64,000 bases of DNA from the human T2T-CHM13v2.0 reference genome, Homo sapiens. The stretch is from assembly GCF_009914755.1 (NCBI RefSeq), contig NC_060944.1. The stretch is one strand, 5' to 3'. The notes under the pieces are model-generated. The model saw nothing but the letters and a program-made list of their open reading frames with translations. It was not told the DNA's origin and made no database searches. Positions 1-12,885 of the stretch are shown here, piece by piece (position 1 is the first letter of the stretch; every line of letters starts with the position of its first letter). A program made the translations under genes and the position numbers.

Positions 1-859
1 GGGGACATGGCTGCTCCCAGATACGTTTGGGCTCCCAGCCCTGATTACCCAGAGAAATATCATCCGAGAAGCCTGAGAGCCACCCTTCATCTGGGTTCTG
101 CTTTTAGAGAGCCTCTTCCTGTGTCAATGAAACAGAAAGTAGGAGTTTGGGAAGGCTGATTTTGACTTAAGGACACTGAATACAATCTTTTCTGGGTGTT
201 TACAAAGTGTGTTTACCAAGCAGCCACTCTCCAAACCCTAGCAACTGCTTAAAACAAGAGAGCTGCTGATTTGTGGAGTGTTTTCTTTTCAAAAAATATC
301 GCCGTAAATGTTGGATTTAGAGACATTCTTTCCTTTTAAAAATAACTTGTCAAGGGGACAAAAGTATTTAAGAGGCTTTCTTCTCAGCTCAGAAAGCCAT
401 AGGGAGGAGGAATGGTTTGTTTTGGAGTTTTTTGGGTTTTTTTGGGGGGGGGGATTTTTTATTTTGCATGAGGTTAGAGCTAGGAGTAGGAGAAGTAGGA
501 GGGGCAGTTGGAAAGCAGGTGGGATGTTGGTTAGCTCTTTGCCTTCGGAATCCCAAACCCCTTCTCTGATTGCTCCTTCCCTCACCTTTTTCTCTCAAAA
601 ACCCACCAGGATCTAGGAGAAAACAAGATTGAGCTCTACTTTGCCCCCTCCCTTTCCCTTTCCCCCTCCCCTGCAGTCCCACCCCAGCGCTCCCCACCTA
701 CCTCTCATATCAGGTGTCAACTTCTTCTTTCTCTCCACAGACGCCACAGTGTGTCCCCAAGTGCACCACTGATGGTATACAAGATTTTGGAGGTTGACAT
801 ACAAATAAGCTTTAAAAAAATTTTTAGCAGTACGTATTTTTTAGAGTACCAAAAAACAC

Positions 860-1100
860 AGAGATAGATAGACAGACTATAACAGATAGATAGATAGATA
901 GATATGATTGACAGATAGATAATAGATATGAATGACAGATATAGGTAGATAATGATCGACAGATGATTGATAGATATGATTGACAGAGAGATGATTAATA
1001 GATGATAGATATGAATGACAGATAGATAATAGGTAGATAATGATTGACAGATAGATGATTGATAGATATGATTGACAGATAGATTAATGATTGACTGATA
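860..1100 (+). repeat. Degenerate (GATA/GACA/TGAT)n tandem repeat
   Basis: gatagatagacagac...gatatgattgacagat motifs repeated. Confidence 0.9.
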
Positions 1101-1174
1101 GGGCGAGCCAGGACCTCAAACCCATGCTTTCACAGATATTACCCCTTTCCTTTTTAAGCACATTTTACACAACA

Positions 1175-1700
1175 CATGATCATTCAACCAATTATTGGGT
1201 TGTTATGGTCCTACTAAGTGCCAGGCACCATTTATCGTTCTTAGGAACATCAGTAAACAAAACAGTCACCAGACACTGATCTCACAGAGCTTATATGCTG
1301 GCAGGCAAAAGCAGGAAATAAGCAAGAAGTGAATAATAATCTGATAAATTCTAAAGTGATTAGTGCTATAAGAAAAGAAATAAAGAAAAAAACAAGAAAA
1401 GAAATATTAAAGAAAAATAAGGCATGTCAGCAGTGCCCAGGGAGGGGGAAGGGGGTAGGTTCCCAAATTTAATGGGGTAGTCAAAATAAGCCTCATGAAG
1501 GAGGTGAGATTTCAGCAAGAACTTGAAGGAGGTGAGTAAGTTCACTACAGGTTTATCTGGGGGAAGAGTGGTTCAGGCAGAGGGAAGAGCTTCAGCAAAT
1601 TCCCTAAGCAAGGGCCATAACCAGCCTCTTCCAGAAACAGTAAGGTGGCCAGTGTGGCTGGAACAGAGTGAGCAAGGCAAGAAAGTAGAGGGAGAGAAAA
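1175..1700 (-). mobile_element. LINE L2 3' fragment
   Basis: cattcaacc...ctactaagtgccaggcacc...ggccagtgtggctggaacagagtgagc is the reverse complement of the L2 3' region. Confidence 0.75.
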
Positions 1701-1724
1701 TCAGAGGAGACAGATTCTGATTCT

Positions 1725-1895
1725 GATCACTTATTTTAAATGTAATTAAAACTAAATGAAATTTAAAATTCAGATTCTCAGCTGCATGAGCCATGTTTCA
1801 AGGGTTTAATAGCCACTTGTGGCTAGTGGCTACCTTATTGGGTAGCACAGATAAGAAAATTTCTCTCATCACAGAAAGTTCTATCAGATGACACT
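1725..1895 (-). mobile_element. MER3-like hAT-Charlie DNA transposon
   Basis: aatagccacttgtggctagtggctaccttattgg...atcacagaaagttctat matches the MER3 consensus. Confidence 0.75.
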
Positions 1896-1944
1896 GACCT
1901 TGAGTGTTTTGGCTCCTTTTTTGGCTTGGTTAACTTTTATTCAG

Positions 1945-2425
1945 ACTTTAACAGCTCAAACATCACTTCCTCCAGGAAGGCTTTTCTGACCACTCTTCCT
2001 GTACATCAGCTCCACTGTCCTATGCATGCTCTCAGAGAGCCAGGTGGCTTTCCTTCGTATCAGTTATCTCTTTGTGAAATCGTACACTAATTGGCAGTGC
2101 TTGATGGCTTGTACCTGAAGTCCCAGCTACTCAGGAGACTGAAGTGGGAGGATCACTTGAGTTCAGGAGCTTGAGGCTACAGTGAACTATGGTCACTGCA
2201 CTCCAGCCTGGATGACAGAGTGAGACTCCATTGAAGGAGGAGGAGGAGGAGAAGAAGAAGGAAGAAATTGTATGCTCATTAGTACAATATCTTACTGATG
2301 TCTCTCTCTCCTAATACATTTTAAACTCCGTTGTTTCTGTTTTGGTTCATTGTTATATTGCCAGCACCTAGCACAGGGCCTGACGTATGAAGGACAAATA
2401 ATTTGTTCAACGATCCAATGAATGG
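1945..2425 (+). mobile_element. LINE L2 3' end, interrupted by an Alu monomer
   Basis: ctcaaacatcacttcctccaggaaggc...ccagcacctagcacagggcctg...aatgaatg. Confidence 0.7.
2093..2263 (+). mobile_element. Free Alu monomer (FAM/FRAM/FLAM type) with GGA/GAA tail
   Basis: gtcccagctactcaggagactgaagtgggaggatcacttgag...ctgcactccagcctgg...gagtgagactcc; degenerate 17-bp TSD at 2076-2092 and 2264-2280. Confidence 0.85.
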
Positions 2426-3069
2426 TTTTAGGTGGTAGGACTAGAAGCAGGGTATTCACTAAAAAAAAGGTTATAGCACTGTGGAGAACTGTGATTCAGT
2501 AGGCTCCTGGGACCCAAAATTTTGCTGGGTGAGAGCAGCTCCAGAGGCTGGAGTCCCTACTGCACCAAACTTGGATTCAGCTCAGGACCCTTAATCATTT
2601 TTGCACCCCCTTCTCACCAAGGCCCCCACATGCTGTCCCTCCAGGATAACAACAGCATAGCATCTGTCTTTACCAGAGAAGCCAAGTCTCAGATATTCAC
2701 ATAATGTCTCTTCATTCCTTCAGTCCTGTGCTTGCAGCAGCAGCAGCGGCAGCATTGAAATGCTTCCTTCTGCTGCTCGCGAATCCGAGGAGTGGGGACC
2801 GACCTTGGCACATTTGCTGGGATGCCTGGCTAGGCAAGGAGAGTGCCGTGTGCTCCAGCACGTATGTGGCCGCCCTCATGGAGCAAATGCTGGACTGCAC
2901 AGCCCTGGATCTGACAGGTAACACGCAGCAGCTGCATGATTTAAAAGGCCTTGTGGGAAGAGGTTTTGTCTCCCACTTTGAGAGCTTGAGTGCTTCATAT
3001 AAATATTTATGGGAGTCTGGGGCCTCCATTAACCCTACCAGTACCACATTTCACTTGTTACATGGTGCT

Positions 3070-3510
3070 TGTCTGTGAATGAATGTGAACACCCGTGTTC
3101 AGTTATACATGCATGTATGCATGTGCGTGTGAGGATGTACATGGACTCCTATGCATTTTGGGAGAGCATGTGTAATCAATTGTATCTCAATGTGAGTATA
3201 AATACATACACTTATGTGCACATAATTGTGAACATTGTATCCACACTGTAAATGCATGTGCATGAATATTTAGACATGCATGCATATAGGCATGGATACA
3301 TACATATGCATACATGTATAATGTATGTGTATATGTTTGTGTGCATGTATGTGGGCACATGAATATGAGAGTTTGTATCTAGCAAATGAGCACATGTGGA
3401 TTCTGTGCTCCAATGTGTATGCAGGCCTGCCTCCATATGTGTAAGCCTGAGTGTATACACATGCATGTTTATTCATGCACCTGCTCTGAGAACATATGCA
3501 TATCTATGTG
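3070..3510. repeat. Degenerate (TG/CA/TATG)n low-complexity tract
   Basis: Long alternating purine-pyrimidine run (atgcatgtatgcatgtg...). Confidence 0.8.
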
Positions 3511-3745
3511 CAGGTCTAGAGCTTCAACATTACCCCAGAAATAGCTTTCATTAAACTATGGGCGATTCCATAAAAATTGCCTCGCCTAGAGGCTGCTGCT
3601 TCTATAAACACTTGTTCTGGTAATTATGATATATTTACTGGTAAGTTCAATTGAGAACAGATGAAAGGTGAAAGAACTAACTGTTCATTAATTGCAAACA
3701 GTACCAATGTCCCAAGACAATGATGCCCAAAGTGTCCTCCTCCAC

Positions 3746-3792
3746 CACACACAGACACACAGACACAGACACACACACACACATACACACAC
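3746..3792 (+). repeat. (CA)n/(GACACA)n microsatellite
   Basis: Read directly. Confidence 0.9.
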
Positions 3793-6199
3793 TTCCCACC
3801 ACCATACTCCTCTGCCAGAGATTGAAATGAGCAACAAAGCTGCAGTTTCTCTCTGACACCCTTGTCATCATGTTTGTACTTGTGCATCTCCAAATTCCCA
3901 TCACCCATCTCTTTGCCTGGGGATGCAAAGAGAGCATCTTATGGCTGGAGAACATGAAGCACACCCTTGTAAATGTAACTACCCTCTGCAGAGGGATTTA
4001 GAGAGGAAACTGTCATCAAAGATGACTATGTCCCACTCCTCCATACTTCCCCCCACCCGAGTGTTTCAGATAAGGCATAGTGGACTTACGAAGTTTGGTG
4101 ACAAAAATACAAATTTCAGCACCAGATAGGTGGGGACTCAAGTTCTAGTTCCTCCACAGGGTGACACTGAGCAAATAGTAACCACTCTGGGCTTTACTCA
4201 TCTCTGACCTGCAGATAATAGTAACCCATGCTTCATAGAGTTAAGTGAAATGTAATAATGAAACTAATCTCACAGTTTGGTTACACTTCTGCTTTGTGAC
4301 CTTCCTGCCCATTGTCCACAGAAAGGGACATTTGTGCCATGCTCTGGCTCCCAGAACACAAAGGAGGATGGGTGTCAAGCCCTGCAATGGGAAGCACATC
4401 CCTTCTCTGTCCACTCAGGACAGGCAGAAGTGAGCCCCCAGGCCAGTCCAGGTCCATGATCTCTCTAGAGTAAAGCTCAGGTACCTGTAACACCAGCAGA
4501 AGCAGGGAAGTGAAGGTGCCAGATCCAGAGAAGAAACAAAGGGACACCAAGAGTGAGCTAAGGGCAGCTGTGGCTCCTGAATCCGATGGAGTCCTGGGCT
4601 ATGATCAATGTCTGCCTCATGCTCCAAAGCTCTGAAATGGGCACCTTGTAGTCTCCCACCCTGCTGTCCATTTACTGCAAGGAGTCCAAGCCTAGGTAAG
4701 ATATACAGATCTCCAAAAAAGAAAACACAACAATATAAATGTTGGACTTGTGGATTTCATCTCCCTTCTTATGCTGAAACTGGCTTCTTCCAGAAAGTAC
4801 CAGGGCTCCTCCCATTGCCTCCAAAGCTGTCCCTCCAGCCCAAAGACAACATCCCTTTTTGATACAAATACGAAAGAATGTGTAATGAGTGGCTGGTATA
4901 TTTCATGAAAGTAACTTCACATGAAAGAATGCAGAGAGGCAGCTAAAACTGAGTTTGGCTTCATAACAAATCATTAATATAGGTGATTTTCCACATTGAA
5001 GTAGTAACTTATTTCATGTATTCTATTTCTTCCAAGTGAGAACACTGAGCTCTGATTTTCTTATCTAAATGCATCTTTTAGGAGGCATTCTGGGATAATG
5101 TATATAATGCATCTTTTATTATCCTAAAAGATAGGATAATATAAGATGCATCTTTTAGTATGCATCTTTTAGGATAATATGTGTAAGACAACGGAGAAAG
5201 ACATTAAGAAGACTAAGTGTGAGGCACAGGAAATTGACAGAACGTGGTAACGGTGTTCAGAAATGAAGGAGGCATACGGAGGATGCGGAGGAGATACGGA
5301 ATATGTGCTCCCCAGTTGGAAGAGGTGCTCTCCATGGTCTGGACACATGCTCCAAGAGGCAGGAACTATAGAAAGAATAAAATTTCAGCAGTAGTAGCTG
5401 CCGCCTTCGCCAAAATAAGGCTAGGCTTCTAGGCCGGGAACGCCCAGCCTGGGAAGCCGAGTAAGGGCTACTTCCACGGACCAGGTACTCCCTGGACGCA
5501 GAACTGTCCCTTCACTGCAGCTGGATTGTCTTCTGAGTGTACTGGGCTAGGCAACAGCACAGAGCAGCTTTACCAACCAGATTGATTTCTTTTAGGAGGG
5601 CTGCTGGAAACCATGCTGCCTAATGGATGTGCCATTTGAGGACTTTTATTTTGTTGGGGGGGAGGAAGAGCAGAGCAAACCTCTAATCTTCTCTTCCTTA
5701 CATAACAAATCCAAACACAACTATCTCTGGGATGGGAGGCCAGGCCAGCAGACTGCAGGCTGCAGAGGGAAGGGTTACGCAAGAAGCCAGTTCAGAGTTT
5801 TCCTTTCTGAAAACAGAAGGGCCTGGAGTGCAGATTTTGCACCTGAAAGCCTGCAAGGGAATGACCAGAAACTCTAAACCCACTGTCTCCAGAAGCCAGG
5901 ACAGGAAGAGCTTGGGGAGTGGGGATGAGAGAGCAAGAGAGTAGGGGGTTTGCCTGGTGTGGCAGAAGCTGCAACTCCAGGTCACAGAGAAAGCCAAGTG
6001 ACCAGCCTGGTGGATCTGGCGTGGTTCCTGGCAGCTCCCACTGCAGTATGGGTCCAAGAGGCCTCTGGGCGGGCACAGGCTGAAGCAGTGGGTAGGAGTC
6101 GAGTGCCCTCTGACAGGCAGGGGCGTTGTCCTGCCACAGAAATGCCCAGAGACCCGGGACTGAGGGAAGCCTGCCTGGTTCACTGAAAGAGGGATCTGG

Positions 6200-7300
6200 G
6201 TCCAGGGCCCAGGCTCAGCTTCCCCGGAGATCCCTTCCCGGAGAACCGACTGGTGCCGGTTCCCCCGCAGCGGGGCGCCGATCCCCAGCGAACCTCGCCA
6301 CTGGGGGAACCTGGAAGGGAAAAGCGGGATAGTTGGAGCGGTCAAGACGAGAGCCCGGAGCAGCGGGCCCTGGTCCTAGTGCTGCGCGGTGGCTCGGGGG
6401 ACTCCAGAGTCTCATTCCCCCGCGCCGCACACTCCAGCCACCTCGGGACCCCGCTCGGCAGCCCTTCCCCGCCAGGCAGCGCCGAGATAAAAAACAGAAG
6501 AGAAATCAAAACAGAAGGAGAAAGTTTTCTGAAATGAAAGAGGTTACGAAGGAAGGGCTAAAAGAATGGGAAATGTCAAAGAAAGAAAAAGGATGCCAGG
6601 AGGCAAGGGAATGGTGCCTAGGCTCCCACCCGTCCCCGCGCACAAGGACCCGAGGCTCCCGGCAAGCCCAGCTGAGCGCCTTCCCCGACCCGCCTCTCTG
6701 AAAGTGGCGGCGGCGGATCCAGTCCGCACAGCCTCCCGCACACCCCCCAGAGATCCGGGGTCGCAAGAGGCGGGATTCGCGCCGGACTAGACTGCAGCTG
6801 CTCCAGCCACGGGCGCGGTCCGAAGGGAAGCCCTCGTCCGGGGGCCTGCTGTGCCCCGTGCGTGCGTCCGGGTGTCTGAGCGTGCCTGTCTCTGAGTGCG
6901 TCTCCGGGTGCAGGCGCCAGCCTGTCTACGTGGGACGGGTGCTGACTTGGAAGACTCCCGGCCCTGGAGGATTTTCCCCCGGGGATGTGAAGGATTGCAA
7001 GGAGCCCGCGAGCCGCAGGGAGCGGTGGGAACGGAAAAGGAGGATGACGGTGGCGGGGTGCTGCTAGGGTGGGACGTGCCCGAGGGCCTTGGGACTCGGT
7101 TCTCTTTTCCTGGGCTTGTGGGCTCTGGGGCATCACGGCGGGTCGGGACGACAGGCTACAGGCGGAGACGCAGCCGGGGCTTGCCTGATGTGCGAGTCCG
7201 CCCTGGAGGCTCCGGAAGCCCGGGCCTCCTCCAAGGAGCTGCCGGTTCCGCCTGACTCTCGCCTGCTTGCGCCCCGGGCCGGTTAGTGCTCACTTGGAGG
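6200..7300. promoter_or_regulatory. CpG island downstream of MAFB
   Basis: Dense CpG and GC-rich sequence with no credible ORF. Confidence 0.8.
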
Positions 7301-9339
7301 GTTGATGCGGGGACTGACAGTGCCTCAATGTCAGTCCCCGCACCATCAATGTGGGTATCAATGAGGGCATCAATGTGTGCAGGATGTGTCTGTGTATCTG
7401 TGTGTCAGTGTATCACTAAGACTGTGTTCTGGGATTGTCAGATTCTCCGAGAGGCAGCTGGTCACTCCAAACCGGCTTGAACCACTTTGTCTTCTGGATG
7501 CAATGTTGATGGTATTGGTCACTGGGTCGATGTCTGTGCTTCTGTGCTCTGGGGAAGAAAAGCCAACACTTTGGAGTTTGCAACCCTCCCCAGCTCAGAG
7601 GCTAAGGATGGAGAATGTCAGTCCGCTTGGGACGATTCCAAAGGGAGTCAGGCCGCCGGATTTAGGGTCTCCACCAGCCAGGAGTTCGTGATCTTTTTGG
7701 TCTCTGGAGCCATGCAGTGGGATTTCCTCTGGCACCCTACCTGAGCGAAGCCTCTTTCACCACAAAGAGGATACATGTGTACATGTGAAAACATTCTGTG
7801 CAGGAGCATGTGTGTATGCAGTTACCCAACTAATCAAAGCCCCTTGCTCCTTCATTCATGCACATGGGGACAAAGGTTCCACAGAGCCAGGCTCAGCTGC
7901 CCTCTCCTCCCAGATCACAGCCAAAGCCTTCCCCACCGGACACATCTTTCATCTTTCTGCCAGTGAAATCAACTGGGCCTAGGAATTAAATTCGAGCTAG
8001 AATTCCAAGCTTCTCTCCTATTGAACAACACCAACACACTATATAAATGTACATGAATGTTAATGTTATCTGTATCCCAAATTTTTAGGTCCCCTTCCTC
8101 TTCTCTAGACCTCAGCCATCACTACCTCCAGGCTTCCAGGGATCCAGGCCAAAATTCCCTGTTAGTTTCACTCTCCTTTTCCTTCTCCCAGCTCAGATTC
8201 CCAGCTGGGGCTCCACTTCATGGGTCTCCTACACCTCCCCATTTGGGTTCTGAAACTCCATGAGCCAGAGAACCCCAGGAACTAAACGCTAAGCCTCCTG
8301 GACTGCAGATAATGAGTCTAAGGAGACCGGAGCCCCTCGGAGCTAGCCATTGCCAAAGGATCACAAAAACTCTACAGGGGTTGGAGATCCTACTCCATGT
8401 CCCAGGGGTGTCTGAGGCCAACCCTGAGTTATAGACAGGACTCCAAGGAGGCTGAGAGGGGTTGGGGGTGACCTAGGTGGGCACCACTCTTCCAAGAATA
8501 CGGAAAAGGAAAGGTTCTAGGGCCACCTCCCAGTCAGGGATCTCCAGGCTGCAGCCAAAGCTGCTGCACTGGAGTGATGACCCAAACCCCTCCAACACCC
8601 AATTCAAGGAGCCACTAAAATTCAGACTCGGCCACACAGTGCCCATCTGCAGAACTGAGGAATCCATGCCTCAGCGCCAGTGCACCCGAGGCATACTACC
8701 GTCAAAAACACAAGTCCACACAGAGAGGTGTCCTGCCTGGAGGGTTTTGCACCCCAAGATCCAGTGCTGGGTTGTACCTGCTTCTATCAGCTTTGGGGTG
8801 AGGGAGACAGGCCCCATTCAGAGAAGGTATCTGGCTCTGGGCAGCTCCAGTTGCTCCCAGAGAGATGTGCTGGGTAGGAGAAAGGAGACTTGCACCCCAG
8901 GCAGGAAGGCAAAGGCCCGGGTCAGCTGGGCCAGAGCGCCAAAAAGACCCAGCTTCCCCATCAAGGTGGCAGCTCTTGGCTTCCTAGTCTCCATCAATCA
9001 CTATTTCAGAGCAGACAGACTAGCAAGTCAGTTCTGGTGGCCAAGCCTGAAAGCACTGAAAAAGTGGCGTGTGCCCCACACCCAGGGACTCCAAGGCTGT
9101 TTGGACCTGCGCCCTCTCAGCTCATAATCCAGCTCTCTTGACCAGGGTCTGTACCTAGGGTGGGAAGCAGAGAACACATTTGAGGCTCATGTACACACAC
9201 ACTCAGACACTCAAGGAAGGGATTTGCTAGGGCTTGGTTTGCTATTCCATTGGCCATGGGGTGAGAGTAACCCAAAGTTGATGCGACTCTTGAGGAAGCA
9301 AGAGAAGAAAGTCAAAATCATGCGAACGCAGAGTCCTCT

Positions 9340-11364
9340 AAATAAACACCATTTCCATGGTTTTAATAAGCAAAATAGGAAACCATTTTAATAACCAAAA
9401 AACAGAAACCAGTCTGAATAAAACTACAATAGACTAGGTTTTAATATTTTCATATCATAAGCAGGGTTTGAAATTGATCCCTTATTTTACATGAAATAAA
9501 AACAATTTCTGTTGCGGCAGGTTTGATTTCAACACAGTTGAATCTGTAAAAACCAAAGCTCGTTTCTGATGCAGGACAAATATCCACAATATTTAAAACT
9601 GCAAGCACCATGCGGTTCATACAATCTTGTTATTACTGTTAATTTATCAACTAATACAAACTCAAAAATGCATCCGGCCAGCAGCGCCAGCAATTTCAAA
9701 TGGGAACTTAAAAATACACTTTTATTTTGGTATTTTTGTCAGTGCAACTTAAATCCTTTTACTGACCTGCAGAAAAAAAAAAGTAATAATAAAGAAAAAC
9801 ACCCATATCTTCCCTATAACTACTATACAACTGAAGAATTGAAGGGGGGGGACACCACCAAGAACTCTTCCTACTATCTCAAAAGCAGGGAAAGAAACGC
9901 AATGCATTGGTCTAAAGAACGCACTTGAAAGTTGCAAAATTACTTGCCAATGTTTGGGTTTCTGGTACATTCTGAGCATAGCAGTTGGTTCAGTGCAGTG
10001 TCTGCTTACCAGTGCACTGCCAGGGTCAGGGATGGCTAAGCCTCTCACCCTAGGAGCGCTGTGGCTCCTACAATTAGCGCAGGCCCAGAGGGTTCAGAAG
10101 GGACCTCAGGGTGATTCTGGTTACAATAAAAAGCAGAGGGGAGGATCTGTTTTCCTTTCCTTTCCTTTCTTATTAAGGGTATCAATTTGACCATAAGACA
10201 AGGCTGTAGTCCAGAACACTCCTCTGGGGTGCGGAGCTTGGCAGCTTCCCTGCCCTGCCCTGCCCTTGTACTGGGACCTCTCGGTTCTCTCTCTCAGCAC
10301 CAACAAGGTTGAAAACTAAAGCGAGAGAGGAAAAAGAGGACCGAATGGGGATAAGGGAAGGAAAGAAAACATGCAACTTCCAAGTGTGCCCCAAGACAAA
10401 GTTGTTTTCTGATGCAAAATGCCCGGAACTTTTTCTTTTTTTTTTTCTTTTTAACTTACAAACAAAAATACCGTAATAATAAACCCAAACAAAGACCCTC
10501 AGCTTGCTGCCACGTTCTCTATGCGGTTTGGCGGGGCGGGTATTTACAAGCCTACAGCTGGGACTGAAACCCCGCACGCAGCCGCCGGAGTTTCCAAACT
10601 GCGATCCCTTCTCACCCAAAGAAACAAGGGGAGTATGATCCATGATCAACAACATGCTAAAGTTAAACAAGAAAATGGTACAAAATAGAAATTATTACCA
10701 TACATGTCCAGCATGCAGGATTAATATTTTTAATGCAGATTTTTTGTATTTTTCTATATAATCGAGCAGGCAATAAAACTGATGAGATTTGGGCGCCGAG
10801 CGTCCTAACTGAGGCCTGTGTCTCAGGGCTGAGAGCCAGTGTTCTCCGAACTCTGACAGACAGGTCCGTCTGTCCTTCCTTCTTTCGCTCAGCCTCGCCT
10901 CTCGCCTGCCGGGACGCCAGAGTCCCTCTCCTTTCCTCGTTGCTCTCTTCCTGGCGCGGACTACTCTCCGGGCAGCAAAGCAGCTGTCCCGGCTTAACGC
11001 GCAAAGTTCAGAAAGCCAGGAGTCTCCAGATGGCCTTGGTGACTTCTCGGGACTATGCCTCGCCGCCCTTCAGCCTGGAGAGAAGTTACTCCGGGACCTC
11101 CCACCCTCTCGTCTCTCTCTCCGGCTCTGCTCGAGTCTAGGAGGCGGCGCTGGCGTGCGCTACTCTCGCCTTAGCCAAGGTCCCCTGCCCGCCCGCGCAC
11201 CCGCCCGTCGCCCGCGGCCCGCGCGCCCTTCCTCCCTCTCGCTCAAGTCAAACAGGTCAAGGCTGGGGCCGCGGCAGGGACAGGGTCCGGGGTAGTCTGG
11301 GACTAGGGACGTGGGACAGGGAGTCCGGGCCGGGGCAAGGGCGGGGGCCAGGACCGGCCACGAC
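9340..11364 (-). other. MAFB: MAFB 3'UTR (~2 kb)
   Basis: Repeat-free sequence following the stop codon. The distal half is U-rich on the mRNA strand and ends in a cluster of ATTAAA hexamers. The end coordinate is approximate. Confidence 0.8.
9362..9445 (-). terminator. Polyadenylation signal cluster (three ATTAAA)
   Basis: tttaat on the + strand at 9362-9367, 9387-9392 and 9440-9445. Confidence 0.65.
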
Positions 11365-12722
<1,358 letters not shown>

Positions 12723-12746
12723 GCTGGATCCGGCGGCGCCGCAGCC

Positions 12747-12885
12747 TTTTATCGCCTCCTGATGTCACTGGGGTGCGGGGGCCCGGGCGGCCCGGTGCGC
12801 GGGCCAATAGCTGCACGGCCTCCGCGGCCCAGCGGCGCAGGGCGGGGCGCGCCTGACAGCTCCCCCGCCCCCCGCGTCAGCTGAC
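12747..12885 (-). promoter_or_regulatory. MAFB: MAFB core/proximal promoter
   Basis: TATA-variant GATAAAA (12747-12753, minus strand), CRE/ATF-like TGATGTCA (12760-12767), inverted CCAAT (12804-12808), GC box (12840-12848), and palindrome GTCAGCTGAC (12876-12885), which combines an E-box with two half-MAREs. Confidence 0.85.

Noticed and set aside
2704-3078. Overlapping ORFs with poly-Ala
   Set aside because: The poly-Ala comes from a short (GCA)n run, with no other coding evidence.
5069-5180. CRISPR-like array of 12-bp repeats
   Set aside because: Mammalian DNA, repeats too short, spacers irregular and self-derived, and no cas genes.
5698-7286. Several 100-215 aa ORFs over the downstream CpG island
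   Set aside because: Overlapping Pro/Arg/Gly-rich ORFs in many frames, typical of stop-poor GC-rich DNA.
8477-9127. 216-aa ORF on the + strand
   Set aside because: Non-ATG start and no recognisable homology or coding features.
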